In this document: piece by piece, positions 20,568-31,461 of the stretch
Layout: each line of letters opens with the position of its first letter
Numbering within the stretch: the stretch's first letter is position 1
Assembly: GCA_963848135.1 (NCBI GenBank)
Contig: CAWKCK010000002.1
Location: 434,001-498,000, forward strand
Source of the DNA: an uncultured delta proteobacterium
GTDB taxonomy: Bacteria; Desulfobacterota; Desulfobacteria; Desulfobacterales; SG8-13
DNA: 64,000 nt
Direction: 5' to 3'
Notes under the pieces: model-generated
What the model saw: only the letters and a program-made list of their open reading frames with translations
What the model was told of the DNA's origin: nothing
Database searches by the model: none
Program-made: the position numbers and the translations under genes

Positions 20568-21910
20568 GATTGAACCTTATTGTTTCGCAAACGCTTAACT
20601 ATTATTGAAAGGGCCCAAACAGCACACATATAGAGTTCAGGGCGCAGCGGAATGGAGTATCTTGGCCAGGGAGCGAATATTGCACAAATAATTGTGAAGT
20701 ATATACAAACAACCAAAGGCATCAATGTTACGTTCATTAAATAACTTTCAATTTTCCGAGGCATCCTTATTCTTATTAGAACCATTGGTATGCTACAGAG
20801 TGTTAAAAATAATAATAGTGGATGCAAAAGCGCCATCACTTTTTTGACGCTCGCTAATATCCATGATTCCATGAATAGATCAGTTTTTACGGGGTTTATG
20901 TAAATATCACCAGTGCCCTGAATAATATTCCAATTCCATAGATAATAAGGTTTACCGATAAAATACCAGCCTATGTAACGTATTGGTTCATCTTTAACTC
21001 GAGACCAAAGGATTTTAGAAAAATTGGTGAAGGATGACCCGAAGACTGGTTGCAGAGGATCTTCACGATAAGGAATACCCCAATAGTTAGGGTTCTTATA
21101 TATAAATCCCGGATAGGCGCCATGGCTCATTGTTACCACCGCCCGATCACTCCCTTTGGGCATTCCTGCTGGAACGTTGTAATACCCCCTCAACCACCAA
21201 CTGATTGGAAAAGTAAAATATAGAGCTAAAAAAACAATGATGAACTTTGTTTTTCTTTTACCAGGAAGCTTAACTATTGAGAAATATCCAATCCACCAAA
21301 GTGCGAGGATAAAGATGAACGGGAGGAAAAGGGCTGTTTCATTTGTCAGGAAGGCACATCCGAATAAAACTGCTGAAATTCCGGCCAACGATACAGATAG
21401 ATTTCTCAATGCCAATTGAAAAAGAAAAATCGCAAATAGGAGCAAAAAAGAAAAGAGTATCTCCGTCAACAAACAAGTGGAGGTGGTGATCAAATGGGGA
21501 CTGATCGCAACCAATAATGCTGCCGAAATGGCAGCCGGAATGGTCAAGAAGAAAATTCCGGTGAAAAAAGTCAAGGGCACCAACGCAGCACTTAAAAGAG
21601 CCTGGGTGTAGACCACCCATTTCAAATAGCTCGATTCGCCGCCAATTTTCATGGCTATGGCTATAAGCAATGGGTAACCTGGTGATCTAAAAGAATCAGG
21701 AATAGGCGATAAATTATTGTCCTGTTGGGAAAAAGTTTGATAGCGTGCCAAATTTCGCCCATAGTTTACGTACTGTTCCGCATCTTTTGCTATGTGAATG
21801 TCGTTTGCCGTTTTTTGAAGATATTGAAATCGCAGCAACACTGCTACTAAAAATACAGAACAGAGTATTAAAACTGTAGACGATGTAATGCGGCGATTGA
21901 ATCCCAACAT
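20564..21910 (-). CDS. GT-C fold membrane glycosyltransferase (ArnT/PMT-like)
   Basis: TM1 followed by DAEQY loop, DSFRSPGYP, LLTEILF, APWPRYSIPL; multi-TM. Confidence 0.8.
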   Translation of the reverse strand: MLGFNRRITSSTVLILCSVFLVAVLLRFQYLQKTANDIHIAKDAEQYVNYGRNLARYQTFSQQDNNLSPIPDSFRSPGYPLLIAIAMKIGGESSYLKWVVYTQALLSAALVPLTFFTGIFFLTIPAAISAALLVAISPHLITTSTCLLTEILFSFLLLFAIFLFQLALRNLSVSLAGISAVLFGCAFLTNETALFLPFIFILALWWIGYFSIVKLPGKRKTKFIIVFLALYFTFPISWWLRGYYNVPAGMPKGSDRAVVTMSHGAYPGFIYKNPNYWGIPYREDPLQPVFGSSFTNFSKILWSRVKDEPIRYIGWYFIGKPYYLWNWNIIQGTGDIYINPVKTDLFMESWILASVKKVMALLHPLLLFLTLCSIPMVLIRIRMPRKIESYLMNVTLMPLVVCIYFTIICAIFAPWPRYSIPLRPELYMCAVWALSIIVKRLRNNKVQS

Positions 21911-21998
21911 ATCTTTTCAACCTATAAATATAGAGGACAAGAAATCCGTGAACACTGCGTGTCGGTCTTTCTTGTCTATATCACTGACGAACCATTAC

Positions 21999-22211
21999 TA
22001 GAAGGCATCTCAAAAAAGCCTTTTCGCCCGATCTGCCAGAGGCGGACAAGTATTGGCGTTGAGCCCTTGGCTAAAGTCCTCGACGTGCTTGAGTATGTCT
22101 GCGGGTTGTGACCCACATGCTGTGTTGGATCGGATGGGAAATCCCGCACAGCTGGGATTCTCGATCTCGCCTTGATCTCAACCGAAAATCCTAATTTTGA
22201 GACATCTTCTA
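21999..22211. mobile_element. MITE-like element with terminal inverted repeats
   Basis: TAGAAGGCATCTCAAAA ... TTTTGAGACATCTTCTA termini; internal hairpins such as GGGAAATCCCGCACAGCTGGGATTCTC; no transposase. Confidence 0.65.
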
Positions 22212-22249
22212 ATTGAAAGTAATGGTAAAAATACAATTACGTTTGCTAT

Positions 22250-23482
22250 TTATTTGCGTCGATTCATTTTACCTTTGATCATTTTTTTATATTCTTTAGC
22301 ATATTGTTTGGCGACGATTTCCCAATCAAATCTGTTTTCGACAGCCCGTCGTCCGTTTTTTCCCAATAATATACGTAAATCTGCATCATCAAATAAACGA
22401 ACGACGGCATTTACAATCTGCCGGGGGCTTCTCTGAGGTACAATGAGTGCAGATCTTTCATTTTTTATGATATCCTGCATAGCAGGCAGATCTGTCGCAA
22501 CAACCGCACATTCACAACCCAATGCCTCGACGAGCACGAGGCCAAAGCCTTCCCTATCTCCCCCGGCCGCTACAACCGATGGGAATACCGCCACATCGGA
22601 TGTTTGATATAGTCCAGGGAGGGATTCATTCGGAACGGCACCTAAAAATTGGATGCAATCGGCCACTCCGATATTCTCAGCCAGTATTTTTAGGGCACAT
22701 AGCTCTTGCCCGTCTCCGGCGACACGCAAAATGGCGTCGGGATGCTTTGCAAGTATCTCTGGCATGGCCTCGATCAGAAAGCGCAAACCTTTTTTTTCAA
22801 CCACACGTCCCACGAATAAAATCGCTTTGGTTTCACTTCGTTTGCGGGGCGGTGCGAATCTTTTCTTCAAGTCGACACCCATTGGTAGGACTTGAACCTT
22901 CTCCAACCCCACGCCTAAAGATTGGAGATCTTTCCGCATCACACGGCTGACAGTCGTTATCGCGTCTGTTTTTTCCAGAACGCGCCGCTTTACCCACATC
23001 ATCGCTTTGCTGCTTAGCCCGTAAAGATCTCCGCCGTGTGAGGTACACAATATTGGCAGGATGGTCGAGTGCATTCGGTTCGCGAGAACCGCGCAGGCAC
23101 CCTGGGGTATTATCCAGTGGGCATGGATAAGATCAAATCGGAAGCGTCGAAGCAGTTTCAGAATTGCCAGGGTTTGAAACAAAAGGAAAAAAGGTATAAG
23201 TGCATATCGGCACTGGTTCTTCTTGAGATTTGCCAGAATACCACCCTGGTAGGCAAGGCTTTCCCATTGCGGAAGAAAGTAATGGTATCGGGTAACCCGC
23301 ATGCCGTCGAAGGTCGTTTCGGAATCGGCACCCGCCGCATGGGGGGCCAGAATATGGATCTTGAAGTGTTCAGCCAACCGGCGACACAATTCCAGCACAA
23401 AAGGCGGTTCGGTGTCCCCTCTCCAGCGTGGAAAAGTCGATGTAAGCACCAGTATTCTTGAAGATGCCGAAGATGTTTTCAA
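22250..23482 (-). CDS. GT4 family glycosyltransferase
   Basis: LTSTFPRW, HAHWIIPQG, SHGGD, FVGRVVEKKG, EGFGLVLVEAL (EX7E). Confidence 0.92.
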   Translation of the reverse strand: MKTSSASSRILVLTSTFPRWRGDTEPPFVLELCRRLAEHFKIHILAPHAAGADSETTFDGMRVTRYHYFLPQWESLAYQGGILANLKKNQCRYALIPFFLLFQTLAILKLLRRFRFDLIHAHWIIPQGACAVLANRMHSTILPILCTSHGGDLYGLSSKAMMWVKRRVLEKTDAITTVSRVMRKDLQSLGVGLEKVQVLPMGVDLKKRFAPPRKRSETKAILFVGRVVEKKGLRFLIEAMPEILAKHPDAILRVAGDGQELCALKILAENIGVADCIQFLGAVPNESLPGLYQTSDVAVFPSVVAAGGDREGFGLVLVEALGCECAVVATDLPAMQDIIKNERSALIVPQRSPRQIVNAVVRLFDDADLRILLGKNGRRAVENRFDWEIVAKQYAKEYKKMIKGKMNRRK

Positions 23483-24402
23483 TTTTTGTGCTCTCGCTCG
23501 TTCGTATCTTCAATGTCTGCTTTTTTTTTAACGATCCGGGGCGTGGCTCGTCTCTCGTATCGCATCTGGCATACCTGCTCCGAAATAAGGCTCATCATGA
23601 ATATGATGACCGATGTCACAAAGAACAACGCGCTCATATTTGTAAATCTTCCTTCCGTGATGAAAGTGTATATGTAGCGCATCATTCCCAGGATGAACAT
23701 TATGAAGCTTACCGGAAGAAATACCCGCATTGGAGAGTACATGGTTGCGATCCGCGTGATGATCATGAAAAATCGGACCCCGTCCTTAAAGAACCTGATG
23801 TGACTCTTTCCCTGCAACCGTTTTTTGGTTTTTATGGGCAAATACTTGACACTGTTTCCGTTTCGGAGAACCCCAAGCGTGATTGTCGTCGGATATGAAT
23901 ACGTATTTGGTAAAAGATATAGAAAGTTGCGGGCAATGTCGGCTTTTACAGCGCGAAAACCGGAGGTCAGATCTTTAACCGAAAATTTGGTCACATAAGA
24001 TGCAAACCAATTGTATACTTTATTGCCAAGGGCGCGGCCGAGAGAGGCCTGACCGCTGCCTGACCGGGCGCCGACGACCATATCGTAATCGGGGAAATAG
24101 GCGAGCATGGCATCGATGTCCGCAGGGTCGTGTTGGCCGTCTCCGTCCATAAAAACCAGCACCTCACCTGTTGCCGTCCGGATTCCGCTTTTTATAGCGG
24201 CGCCGTTACCGATATTGTAAGGATGATTGAAAACAACGGCACCGGAATCTTCTGCAATTTCGGCCGTGTTGTCTTCCGATCCATCATTGATGACAATAAT
24301 CTCAGCTTCAGTGAAATAGCTTCGAATCTTTTTGACGACTTCGGCGATGGTGTGTTCTTCATTATAGGCCGGAATTATTACAGATACTTTAATAGGTTTC
24401 AT
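23479..24402 (-). CDS. DPM-synthase-like GT2 with two C-terminal TM helices
   Basis: VIIPAYNEE, INDGSED, NIGNGAA, MDGDGQH, MVVGAR, DLTSGFRA; hydrophobic C-terminus. Confidence 0.9.
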   Translation of the reverse strand: MKPIKVSVIIPAYNEEHTIAEVVKKIRSYFTEAEIIVINDGSEDNTAEIAEDSGAVVFNHPYNIGNGAAIKSGIRTATGEVLVFMDGDGQHDPADIDAMLAYFPDYDMVVGARSGSGQASLGRALGNKVYNWFASYVTKFSVKDLTSGFRAVKADIARNFLYLLPNTYSYPTTITLGVLRNGNSVKYLPIKTKKRLQGKSHIRFFKDGVRFFMIITRIATMYSPMRVFLPVSFIMFILGMMRYIYTFITEGRFTNMSALFFVTSVIIFMMSLISEQVCQMRYERRATPRIVKKKADIEDTNEREHKN

Positions 24403-24461
24403 CTATTCTCGTTCCTTGCTGGAATCCAGTGTGGGTATTACTGCCTTAAGTTGTCGCCGCT

Positions 24462-27400
24462 TCAGCTTCCATTGGTTCGGGACTTTTTGAGAGACTGATA
24501 ATACTTAAGCGCCGATTGGTACTTGAGGTTGCCAGGATCCAATTGATTCGCTGTTTTCATGACGGCCACGGCATCGTCAAACATGGAGAGGCGTGCGTAA
24601 AAGCTGGCCAAAACAGACAGGCCATTGGGCTCCAGGGGCGCCAAGTCGACTATTTTTTTTTGTAAACGCAGGCAGGTCTCCAGTGTGTCCTTGCTGATTG
24701 TCTCTTTGGTCATGAGCCTATAGGTGATCCAATCCTGGCAAAATCGCACATAGCGCAACTTTATGACCCTGTTGCCCGGGTGAGAGATCAACAGTTTATC
24801 CAAGATCCGCAGCCCTTGGTTTACATCTTCCTGGGCAAAGGCCGTTTCAATCATTTTCATTATGGAAAGGTTTTCATTGATATCAACATCTGCTCCGTTT
24901 TCAGACCACCACTCCTTCCAGGTCTTATAATCATAACGGATTTCTCCCGGAAAGTCCGTACCACAAAAAAACGCCAGGTCTTTAATAAGGTCTTGATCAT
25001 AGTGCTCACCCGTGTCGATAGAGGGAAATTTCAGCGTTTCGATCAATACCGGCAATCCTTCTTTCCTTCCGTTGAAGGCCAGGGACATGGAAGCTGCGCG
25101 CACGACATATACATCCGGATCGTTCAACGCATCTATCAGCGCTTGAATCCCTTCCGCTTCGGGGCGGATATAGCGCATCCCTATAGCCGCATCACGGCGA
25201 ACGATCGAATCCGAACTGCCGATCCATTTCAACAGTGCGCCATGTGCATATTGCTCTGTGAGAGCATCATCTATGTCATCTCGAAATAAAATCTCCTGAA
25301 ACGCATTGGAGGCCTCACGCTTGCATCTTTGTGACGTTTCGTTGGTATACGTATCGTCCAAAATTCTGAGGTGGTCCCTGTTACCTATTCTGCCCAGCGT
25401 CCAGATAATTTGGGCACGAACTTCAGGGACAGGATCATTTAAGGCATTGACTATGGCCGGTCCGGCAAATTTGAGGTCCCACCACCCCAATGTCCGGGCC
25501 GCATAAATTCTGACCGCAGGATCACAGGCATTGATGAGTTCTACAAAATGATGGGCCCGGCTGCGGGACATCTGCTTGCGAAGGATGAAACTACTGAGAC
25601 TTTCAATAAGAAAATGGTTTGTCTCTCTTTCCCTCGATGTCTGCAGCGTGTCAATTAGGTCGTCTATAATATCCGGATTTGCGCGCATCAGGTGACCAAC
25701 GGATGCAAAACGCTGAAAATTGTCGGATCGATTCAGCTCAATGATTTCCTTTTTCAGAGAGGGGGATGTTTTCGGTTCCCCTATACACGTTGTCGGCAAG
25801 GACTGGTCGTCTATCACCTGGAATTTCACATCGCTTTTTATCGGATTTTTATCGCTGTGATAGTCGATATCGTAAAACAACCCATGAGCCAAATCGATAT
25901 GGTAGGAATTGTTTTCCCGATCCAACGGGTAATAGTCGTCATTACCGCCGAGGTCTAAAAGCAAAGCGTGGCTCCAATTGTGCGGATCAGCCGGCGGGAT
26001 AACGGCTGCACAGCTGGCGCTTCGATCTCCGCGCCGCGCAAAATAACGATCATCGCCATCGTAGTCCAAAAGAAAACCCAATCCTTTAGGTCTCGATGCG
26101 GAGGCATAGGAAGCATATGCTAAACCGGCTTCAATTTTGCCCATGGATTTCGAATCTTCATTGTCGGCTATCAAACGGTTTTGATCTGCCGGCCATTCGT
26201 TATTTAACAACTGAGGCCCATAGAGATCATTGCCCTTGTAATCTACCAACATGCCGACGGATCGGTCCGCTCCCACGCCGCCGCTATCGTTTTTGGCGAT
26301 ATACGTGTCGTTACCCTCTCTATCAATCAGAATTCCGCTCGCAAGGTGAACGGCGAATCCCATTCCGTTTCCGTCCTCAGGAATGTATCGGTCATTGCCA
26401 GCATCATCCACGAGTGCACCGACCGACATGAAATATCCGGCGCCCATACAGTTGCCTTTCAGGCAATGATAGGTGTCATTACCAGCGCCGTCGGTTAGAA
26501 ACCCGACACCACCATAAATCGAAAAGCTCCTGCGCCAGTCCGGCGAGCGGACCGATAGGCCAACACCTTGAGCGTGGGCCCAATCGTCCGCCTTCAACCG
26601 GCCTTGATGGGAATCGTCTCCTCCGGCTGTGTATTCATCGTCGCCGCTGAGGTCGCACAATCCACCGAACCCCATGGTTGAACCGGCTCCCTGGCCCAAA
26701 CCGCCGATGATGTAACGGTCGTTACCGTTCAAATCGACAAGTAATCCCATTCCAAACAGGCCGAATCCTTGCCCCATCAATCCCATTTGGTATGTGTCGT
26801 TTCCTTCCCCATCAGAGAGTATACCGAAACCGAACATACCGCACCCCTGCGACATCTCACCGGCGATATAGCGATCGTCGCCGGAAAGATCGCTCTGTAT
26901 ATGGATACCTGCAATTCCGGCCCCCTGAGCGAAACGTCCCGCGGCGGCAGCGTATTGATCATTTCCGGCAGCATCTATGATGACTGACACACGGTTTTGG
27001 GCGGTCAACCCGGTTCTGCCTCCACTGAAGTAGCTGTCGTTGCCTCCAAGGTCGATAAGCAGGGCCGCCGACCCTGTGTATGAATCGTCACCCTGTCCGA
27101 GTATCACAATATTTCCTATCGGGGACGGCAGGTTCAAAACCGTACCGGTGTGTTCTTTCCTATCGCCGGAAAATAACGGGGTAGCGTTTTTAGCGTTGAC
27201 AACCAGGTTTAGGTATCTTGAAAATTCGTCGATTTCCGAGCAAAGAGACAGCAAAGCAAAAATGAGCTTGGGGTATTGTATCCGGCGAGCCATTGAGACG
27301 ATTTCAACCTGTTCGTGGGTCGGCGCCGTCAGAAAATTAAAGTTTAGTCCGTCTGGATAGAAGTATTTCTCAGGATGTTCTCTAAGACGTGACACCTCCT

Positions 27401-28049
27401 CCGGTGACAGGTCGGAAAAAGCCTCATCGACGGTCTCGGCAACCTTTACAACGGTTTGGAGCAATATTCCGAGTCGTAAATCGAACTGTTGATTGAATCC
27501 GGCATTTTGTATTTCCTGAAGTCGTTCTGTTAGGGCAGTGTGGTTATAATTTTGGCACAACTGGCGATACACGCCTTCAACTCCGAGAGCACGATCAAAC
27601 CGATATCCAACCTGCGGGGGGCTTTCGCCATACCCGTCGATAATTTTCAAGGATTCTAGTGCCAACGCCAGCAGACTGTCTTCCGCACTTTTCTTTAATA
27701 CCTGCGAACTCTCGTCTGCCCAAGACTTCAACGTGAACGGAGAACTGGCAACATGATCGACAACGGCAAGCCGTGCCAACATGATGTAGCCTTCCTCATG
27801 ATAAAGCGGTCGCACCAGATCTTTGACAGCCAATCCCAGGATATCCATGGCCTCCGTCAGGGGTTCGGCCACTTGTCTATCTTGCGTCAGTATCTTAGTA
27901 GCGGGTTGCGATCGCTCGAATAAGTATGCCTGCGGTTCCTCGCCCATCGACAGTTTATCAATTTTTTCATCATTTTGTCGCCCATCACTGCATGACGCAT
28001 GAATAGCAAAAAAACTCAGGCTAATGAGTACCAGATATTTCTTCATCAT
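24462..28049 (-). CDS. large secreted (probable lipo)protein with DxxGxDxY Gly-rich repeats, HEAT repeats and C-terminal TPR
   Basis: Signal peptide ending HAS-C; 12 copies of [LI]xDxxG[ND]DxY; HEAT-like ALNDPVPEVRAQIIWTLG and ALNDPDVYVVRAAS; terminal TPR-like helix pair. Confidence 0.8.
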   Translation of the reverse strand: MMKKYLVLISLSFFAIHASCSDGRQNDEKIDKLSMGEEPQAYLFERSQPATKILTQDRQVAEPLTEAMDILGLAVKDLVRPLYHEEGYIMLARLAVVDHVASSPFTLKSWADESSQVLKKSAEDSLLALALESLKIIDGYGESPPQVGYRFDRALGVEGVYRQLCQNYNHTALTERLQEIQNAGFNQQFDLRLGILLQTVVKVAETVDEAFSDLSPEEVSRLREHPEKYFYPDGLNFNFLTAPTHEQVEIVSMARRIQYPKLIFALLSLCSEIDEFSRYLNLVVNAKNATPLFSGDRKEHTGTVLNLPSPIGNIVILGQGDDSYTGSAALLIDLGGNDSYFSGGRTGLTAQNRVSVIIDAAGNDQYAAAAGRFAQGAGIAGIHIQSDLSGDDRYIAGEMSQGCGMFGFGILSDGEGNDTYQMGLMGQGFGLFGMGLLVDLNGNDRYIIGGLGQGAGSTMGFGGLCDLSGDDEYTAGGDDSHQGRLKADDWAHAQGVGLSVRSPDWRRSFSIYGGVGFLTDGAGNDTYHCLKGNCMGAGYFMSVGALVDDAGNDRYIPEDGNGMGFAVHLASGILIDREGNDTYIAKNDSGGVGADRSVGMLVDYKGNDLYGPQLLNNEWPADQNRLIADNEDSKSMGKIEAGLAYASYASASRPKGLGFLLDYDGDDRYFARRGDRSASCAAVIPPADPHNWSHALLLDLGGNDDYYPLDRENNSYHIDLAHGLFYDIDYHSDKNPIKSDVKFQVIDDQSLPTTCIGEPKTSPSLKKEIIELNRSDNFQRFASVGHLMRANPDIIDDLIDTLQTSRERETNHFLIESLSSFILRKQMSRSRAHHFVELINACDPAVRIYAARTLGWWDLKFAGPAIVNALNDPVPEVRAQIIWTLGRIGNRDHLRILDDTYTNETSQRCKREASNAFQEILFRDDIDDALTEQYAHGALLKWIGSSDSIVRRDAAIGMRYIRPEAEGIQALIDALNDPDVYVVRAASMSLAFNGRKEGLPVLIETLKFPSIDTGEHYDQDLIKDLAFFCGTDFPGEIRYDYKTWKEWWSENGADVDINENLSIMKMIETAFAQEDVNQGLRILDKLLISHPGNRVIKLRYVRFCQDWITYRLMTKETISKDTLETCLRLQKKIVDLAPLEPNGLSVLASFYARLSMFDDAVAVMKTANQLDPGNLKYQSALKYYQSLKKSRTNGS

Positions 28050-28089
28050 TATTAACGACTTTGGATAAAATCCTACTAAATTATGACCG

Positions 28090-30009
28090 TTATCGCAATT
28101 TCTGGTAGCGGATTTTTTTGTGATTCACGGTCACGATTGCACACAGTTTATCATCGGTAAATTCTGGAGACAAATGACGCGAAGCGTTGTCAATGCCGAT
28201 ATGTTTTATTTTAATATGTCGCTCGGGGGTTGGATTTACCAGCGCCCATAGTGGATATTCGAACTCCGGGCTTTGGAGCCTGATACCAATGGCCTCACAT
28301 CCGTCCTTTCTAATCCGTTCTGCCAGAACGAACATCGGCTTTTTCAGATGTTCGAATGTACCGTTGAAGTAAATCTCATCACGATCCAGGGATAGAATCG
28401 ACTGGGTCGGGAAAAAAGCCGATTGACTGCCAGGGATCGTAATAATGGGATGTTTGATCGAAAACAAACTATAAAAAATACCGGTGGCAATAAGCATCAC
28501 GGCTATCACCGATCTCAGGCGATGAGATGCCCGGGCGAGCAATGCTCCTGCAACCGGCGAACATATGACCATGACCGGTAAACACAAGCGATTGCCCCAT
28601 ACCTGCCATTTGATCAAAAGGCTGTAAATAAGGAATCCGAATATGCCACCCAGGGCGACCACCAACATATAACTGGCTTTTTTCTCTGTTTTGGATAAAA
28701 AGCCACTGATTAGCCCTAGGATTGCCACCCCAAGGATAACAAAATGCACAGGGCTTCCGGCAAAGTCTTCATCCGGTAGGAGGTATACCCATTCGTTGTC
28801 CGGCAAAACCTTGTTGCCCTCGAATGTTAAAGCCGGATCGTTGATATCCACGTCAAGAATATCGCTGTGAACAACCCTCACCAGCTTCCAATACATTGGA
28901 AAGGGCAGGTTTAGACCGATATTTTTCATCGTATTCGAAACCAGAGATTTCGGACCGATATGGGTATTGCGCGTTCCAGCATCGGGTCCAAGGACATTTC
29001 CGAATGTCTGGTAATTGCGCCAATAACTGGGAGTTGACAGACTCAACGACACCATGGCCAAACAGGCAAAAAGAACAATAACCGCGAGTGCGCCCTTAAT
29101 GCCATTACTGCCAACGGCAATTCGGAATACCCTGAAAAACAGGTAGGCAATGAATGGAAACAGAAAAAAATACGCCGTCGGTTTGGTAGCAATGGCCAGT
29201 CCTGCAGCGATCGCAACCCAGAGAATATCGTACATGCTGAGTCGCTCTTTTCTGAATATGAAATAGAGGCTGCATATGATCCAGAAAGCCACCGTCAGGT
29301 CATTTTGAGTGGTAGTGGACTGCATGACAGCCATTGGAATCGTACCGCAAAAAAGGGCTGAAGCGATCTGGCCTCTCCTCCCTTCCGTGATAACCCTTGA
29401 GACAAGTGATACGCCGACAATGCAACCGAAAAAAGACAGCCATTGTACTAAATTGACGAATCTATCGTTACCAGAAAGAATATGAAATTGAGCCACCTGA
29501 TATTCGGCACCCGCGGGCAGCGATAATTGCCTCACATCTATCGTGGTATAGTGATCGACGGAAGCATTCTGGATCCAGTGCATAACCCGAGACATGTGGT
29601 AGCTCATCGAGTCGAGGTTGTTCGGTGGTGCAATCAAGGCAACTGCCAAATTAATGCTGAGTACGGCGATAAGTGCGGCCAACGATAGTTTGTCAAATGT
29701 ATCGAGATCCTTCACTCTGCGGAGCAGTTTTTTCTTGAAAAATTCGACGCCGAGAGACTGACCTCCCTTCCGCAGTTGAATGATAAAATATCCACCGGCA
29801 AACAATGTCGCCGTGCTCCACACCACCATCAACGGCCAATAAGCAAGCAGTTTATAAGCACTGAGAACCTCTGCAGAGACCAATACCAGTAATCCATTCA
29901 CCAAAGCGGACTTCAGGAAAGCCTGCCTGGCGCCGGCCTCGGTTCCGTCTTTGAGGTAAAAACCCACGAAGATCGATAAAAAAGTCGTGAATACCAATAT
30001 TACTGCCAT
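28090..30009 (-). CDS. GT-C fold membrane glycosyltransferase (ArnT-like)
   Basis: PPNNLDSMSYHMSRVMHWIQN, QSTTTQNDL, GLAIATKPT, KWQVWGNRL; start at MAVILV (track gives 30084). Confidence 0.8.
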   Translation of the reverse strand: MAVILVFTTFLSIFVGFYLKDGTEAGARQAFLKSALVNGLLVLVSAEVLSAYKLLAYWPLMVVWSTATLFAGGYFIIQLRKGGQSLGVEFFKKKLLRRVKDLDTFDKLSLAALIAVLSINLAVALIAPPNNLDSMSYHMSRVMHWIQNASVDHYTTIDVRQLSLPAGAEYQVAQFHILSGNDRFVNLVQWLSFFGCIVGVSLVSRVITEGRRGQIASALFCGTIPMAVMQSTTTQNDLTVAFWIICSLYFIFRKERLSMYDILWVAIAAGLAIATKPTAYFFLFPFIAYLFFRVFRIAVGSNGIKGALAVIVLFACLAMVSLSLSTPSYWRNYQTFGNVLGPDAGTRNTHIGPKSLVSNTMKNIGLNLPFPMYWKLVRVVHSDILDVDINDPALTFEGNKVLPDNEWVYLLPDEDFAGSPVHFVILGVAILGLISGFLSKTEKKASYMLVVALGGIFGFLIYSLLIKWQVWGNRLCLPVMVICSPVAGALLARASHRLRSVIAVMLIATGIFYSLFSIKHPIITIPGSQSAFFPTQSILSLDRDEIYFNGTFEHLKKPMFVLAERIRKDGCEAIGIRLQSPEFEYPLWALVNPTPERHIKIKHIGIDNASRHLSPEFTDDKLCAIVTVNHKKIRYQKLR

Positions 30010-31377
30010 GATTCGGCTTTTTTCACCCTTGTTATCGGTTGTTTGAAGCGACTGCCGAGCCAACACAAAATCCACATGGCGCAAATATACAATTGTGGCC
30101 GTAAAGGGACACTATACCGCGGCCAAGGGGCAAAGACACTGTAAAGCAATGTATAATAAAGGCAAGTCACTAACATTAGCAGCGGGATTTGAACAACAAT
30201 CCGATCCTGTGCCTTACCCGCCTGAATCGCAACAAGCGCGAAAAAACACCCTGCGCAAAGCAATAAGATCCAAACATGCAGTGTCTTCATGGTCTGCCTT
30301 GTCAATTCGATTAATGGCGCCTTCCGGTACAGAGACGTTTTCAATGGGTAGACGTATATATCCCCCTGCCCCTGCAAGATATCCCAACTCCAAAGGACGT
30401 AGGGTTTTTGAAAAAAGTACCACCGGATATAGCGAAGTGGATCTTCCCTGAATCTTTCTATGAATATCTCTGAAAAGCTTTTGAGTGATTCACCGAATTG
30501 CGGCTGCCGGGAATCCTCCAGAGTAAGGATAGTACTTATATGCCGGGTCCTTATGTATAAACCCTGGATATGCACCATGACTCAATGTTTGAATTGCCCT
30601 GTCGGCAGCACGTGGAGCATCCGAAGGTATCACCATGATATTGCGCAGATTCCAGCTTAATGGAAATAACAGAAACACGGACAAGAATAGGACTAACTTT
30701 AAAACCAAGTTTCGGCTGACCGTTGAACCAATCGACTTCTGATAATTAACAAGTGTTATCAGGGCCAATATAAGAGGAAGGATCAATACGGTCTCGTTTG
30801 TTAAAAACGCATAACCGAAAAGGCCTCCGGCGGTTGCAAAAAATACATACCGATTCCTCTCGAGAGCGACGATATAACAAAGAATTGCAGAAAGCAGAAC
30901 AAAACTGAACAGTGTCTCGGATAGAATGTATCCTGACATGGCGACAAGATGCGGGCATATGGCGACCAGGCCGGCAGCAGTCAAAGCACCCCAGCCCGGC
31001 AGACATCGGGCTGCCAGCAAATAGGTCAGTAGTATAATGGTGCTGCCAATCAAAACCTGGACATAAAGAATGATTGGAATAAATTTGGTGCCGTTGGTCA
31101 GACGCATCGATAAAGCAATGATCAATGGATAACCTGGCGAACGGAAAGAATCCGGGATTGGATTCGAGGATGGGAAATCAATAGAGAAAGTATTATGCTC
31201 AGCCAAATTGTATCCGTACTTGACATATTGGCGTGAGTCGGCATGGATCGGAAAATTTTTGATATCGTATTCGTTCAACAATACCTTGACGTATTCGACC
31301 CTGATCATCAAGGCTCCGATTACAATCAGGCTCAATAGCAGAGGTTTTCCGTATGTTTTGAGATGTGCTGAATTCAT
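30000..31377 (-). pseudogene. GT-C glycosyltransferase, paralogue of 20564-21910, split by an apparent +1 frameshift near 30523
   Basis: ORFs 30490-31377 and 30000-30578 join at YYPY/LEDSRQPQFG and align end to end with the intact paralogue (DSFRSPGYP, SHGAYPGFI, GDIYV, APWPRYSVPLRP). Confidence 0.82.
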
Positions 31378-31461
31378 GAACTTGTAAACAATACCGTCTG
31401 GATATTATTTTCTATTTGATTAAATACACGCCGGTCAAATCTCTCAGTCAGTAGGCGTCTG

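Noticed and set aside
21976..22236. 86-aa ORF between the GT4 and GT-C genes
   Set aside because: It coincides with the MITE-like element; no protein motifs
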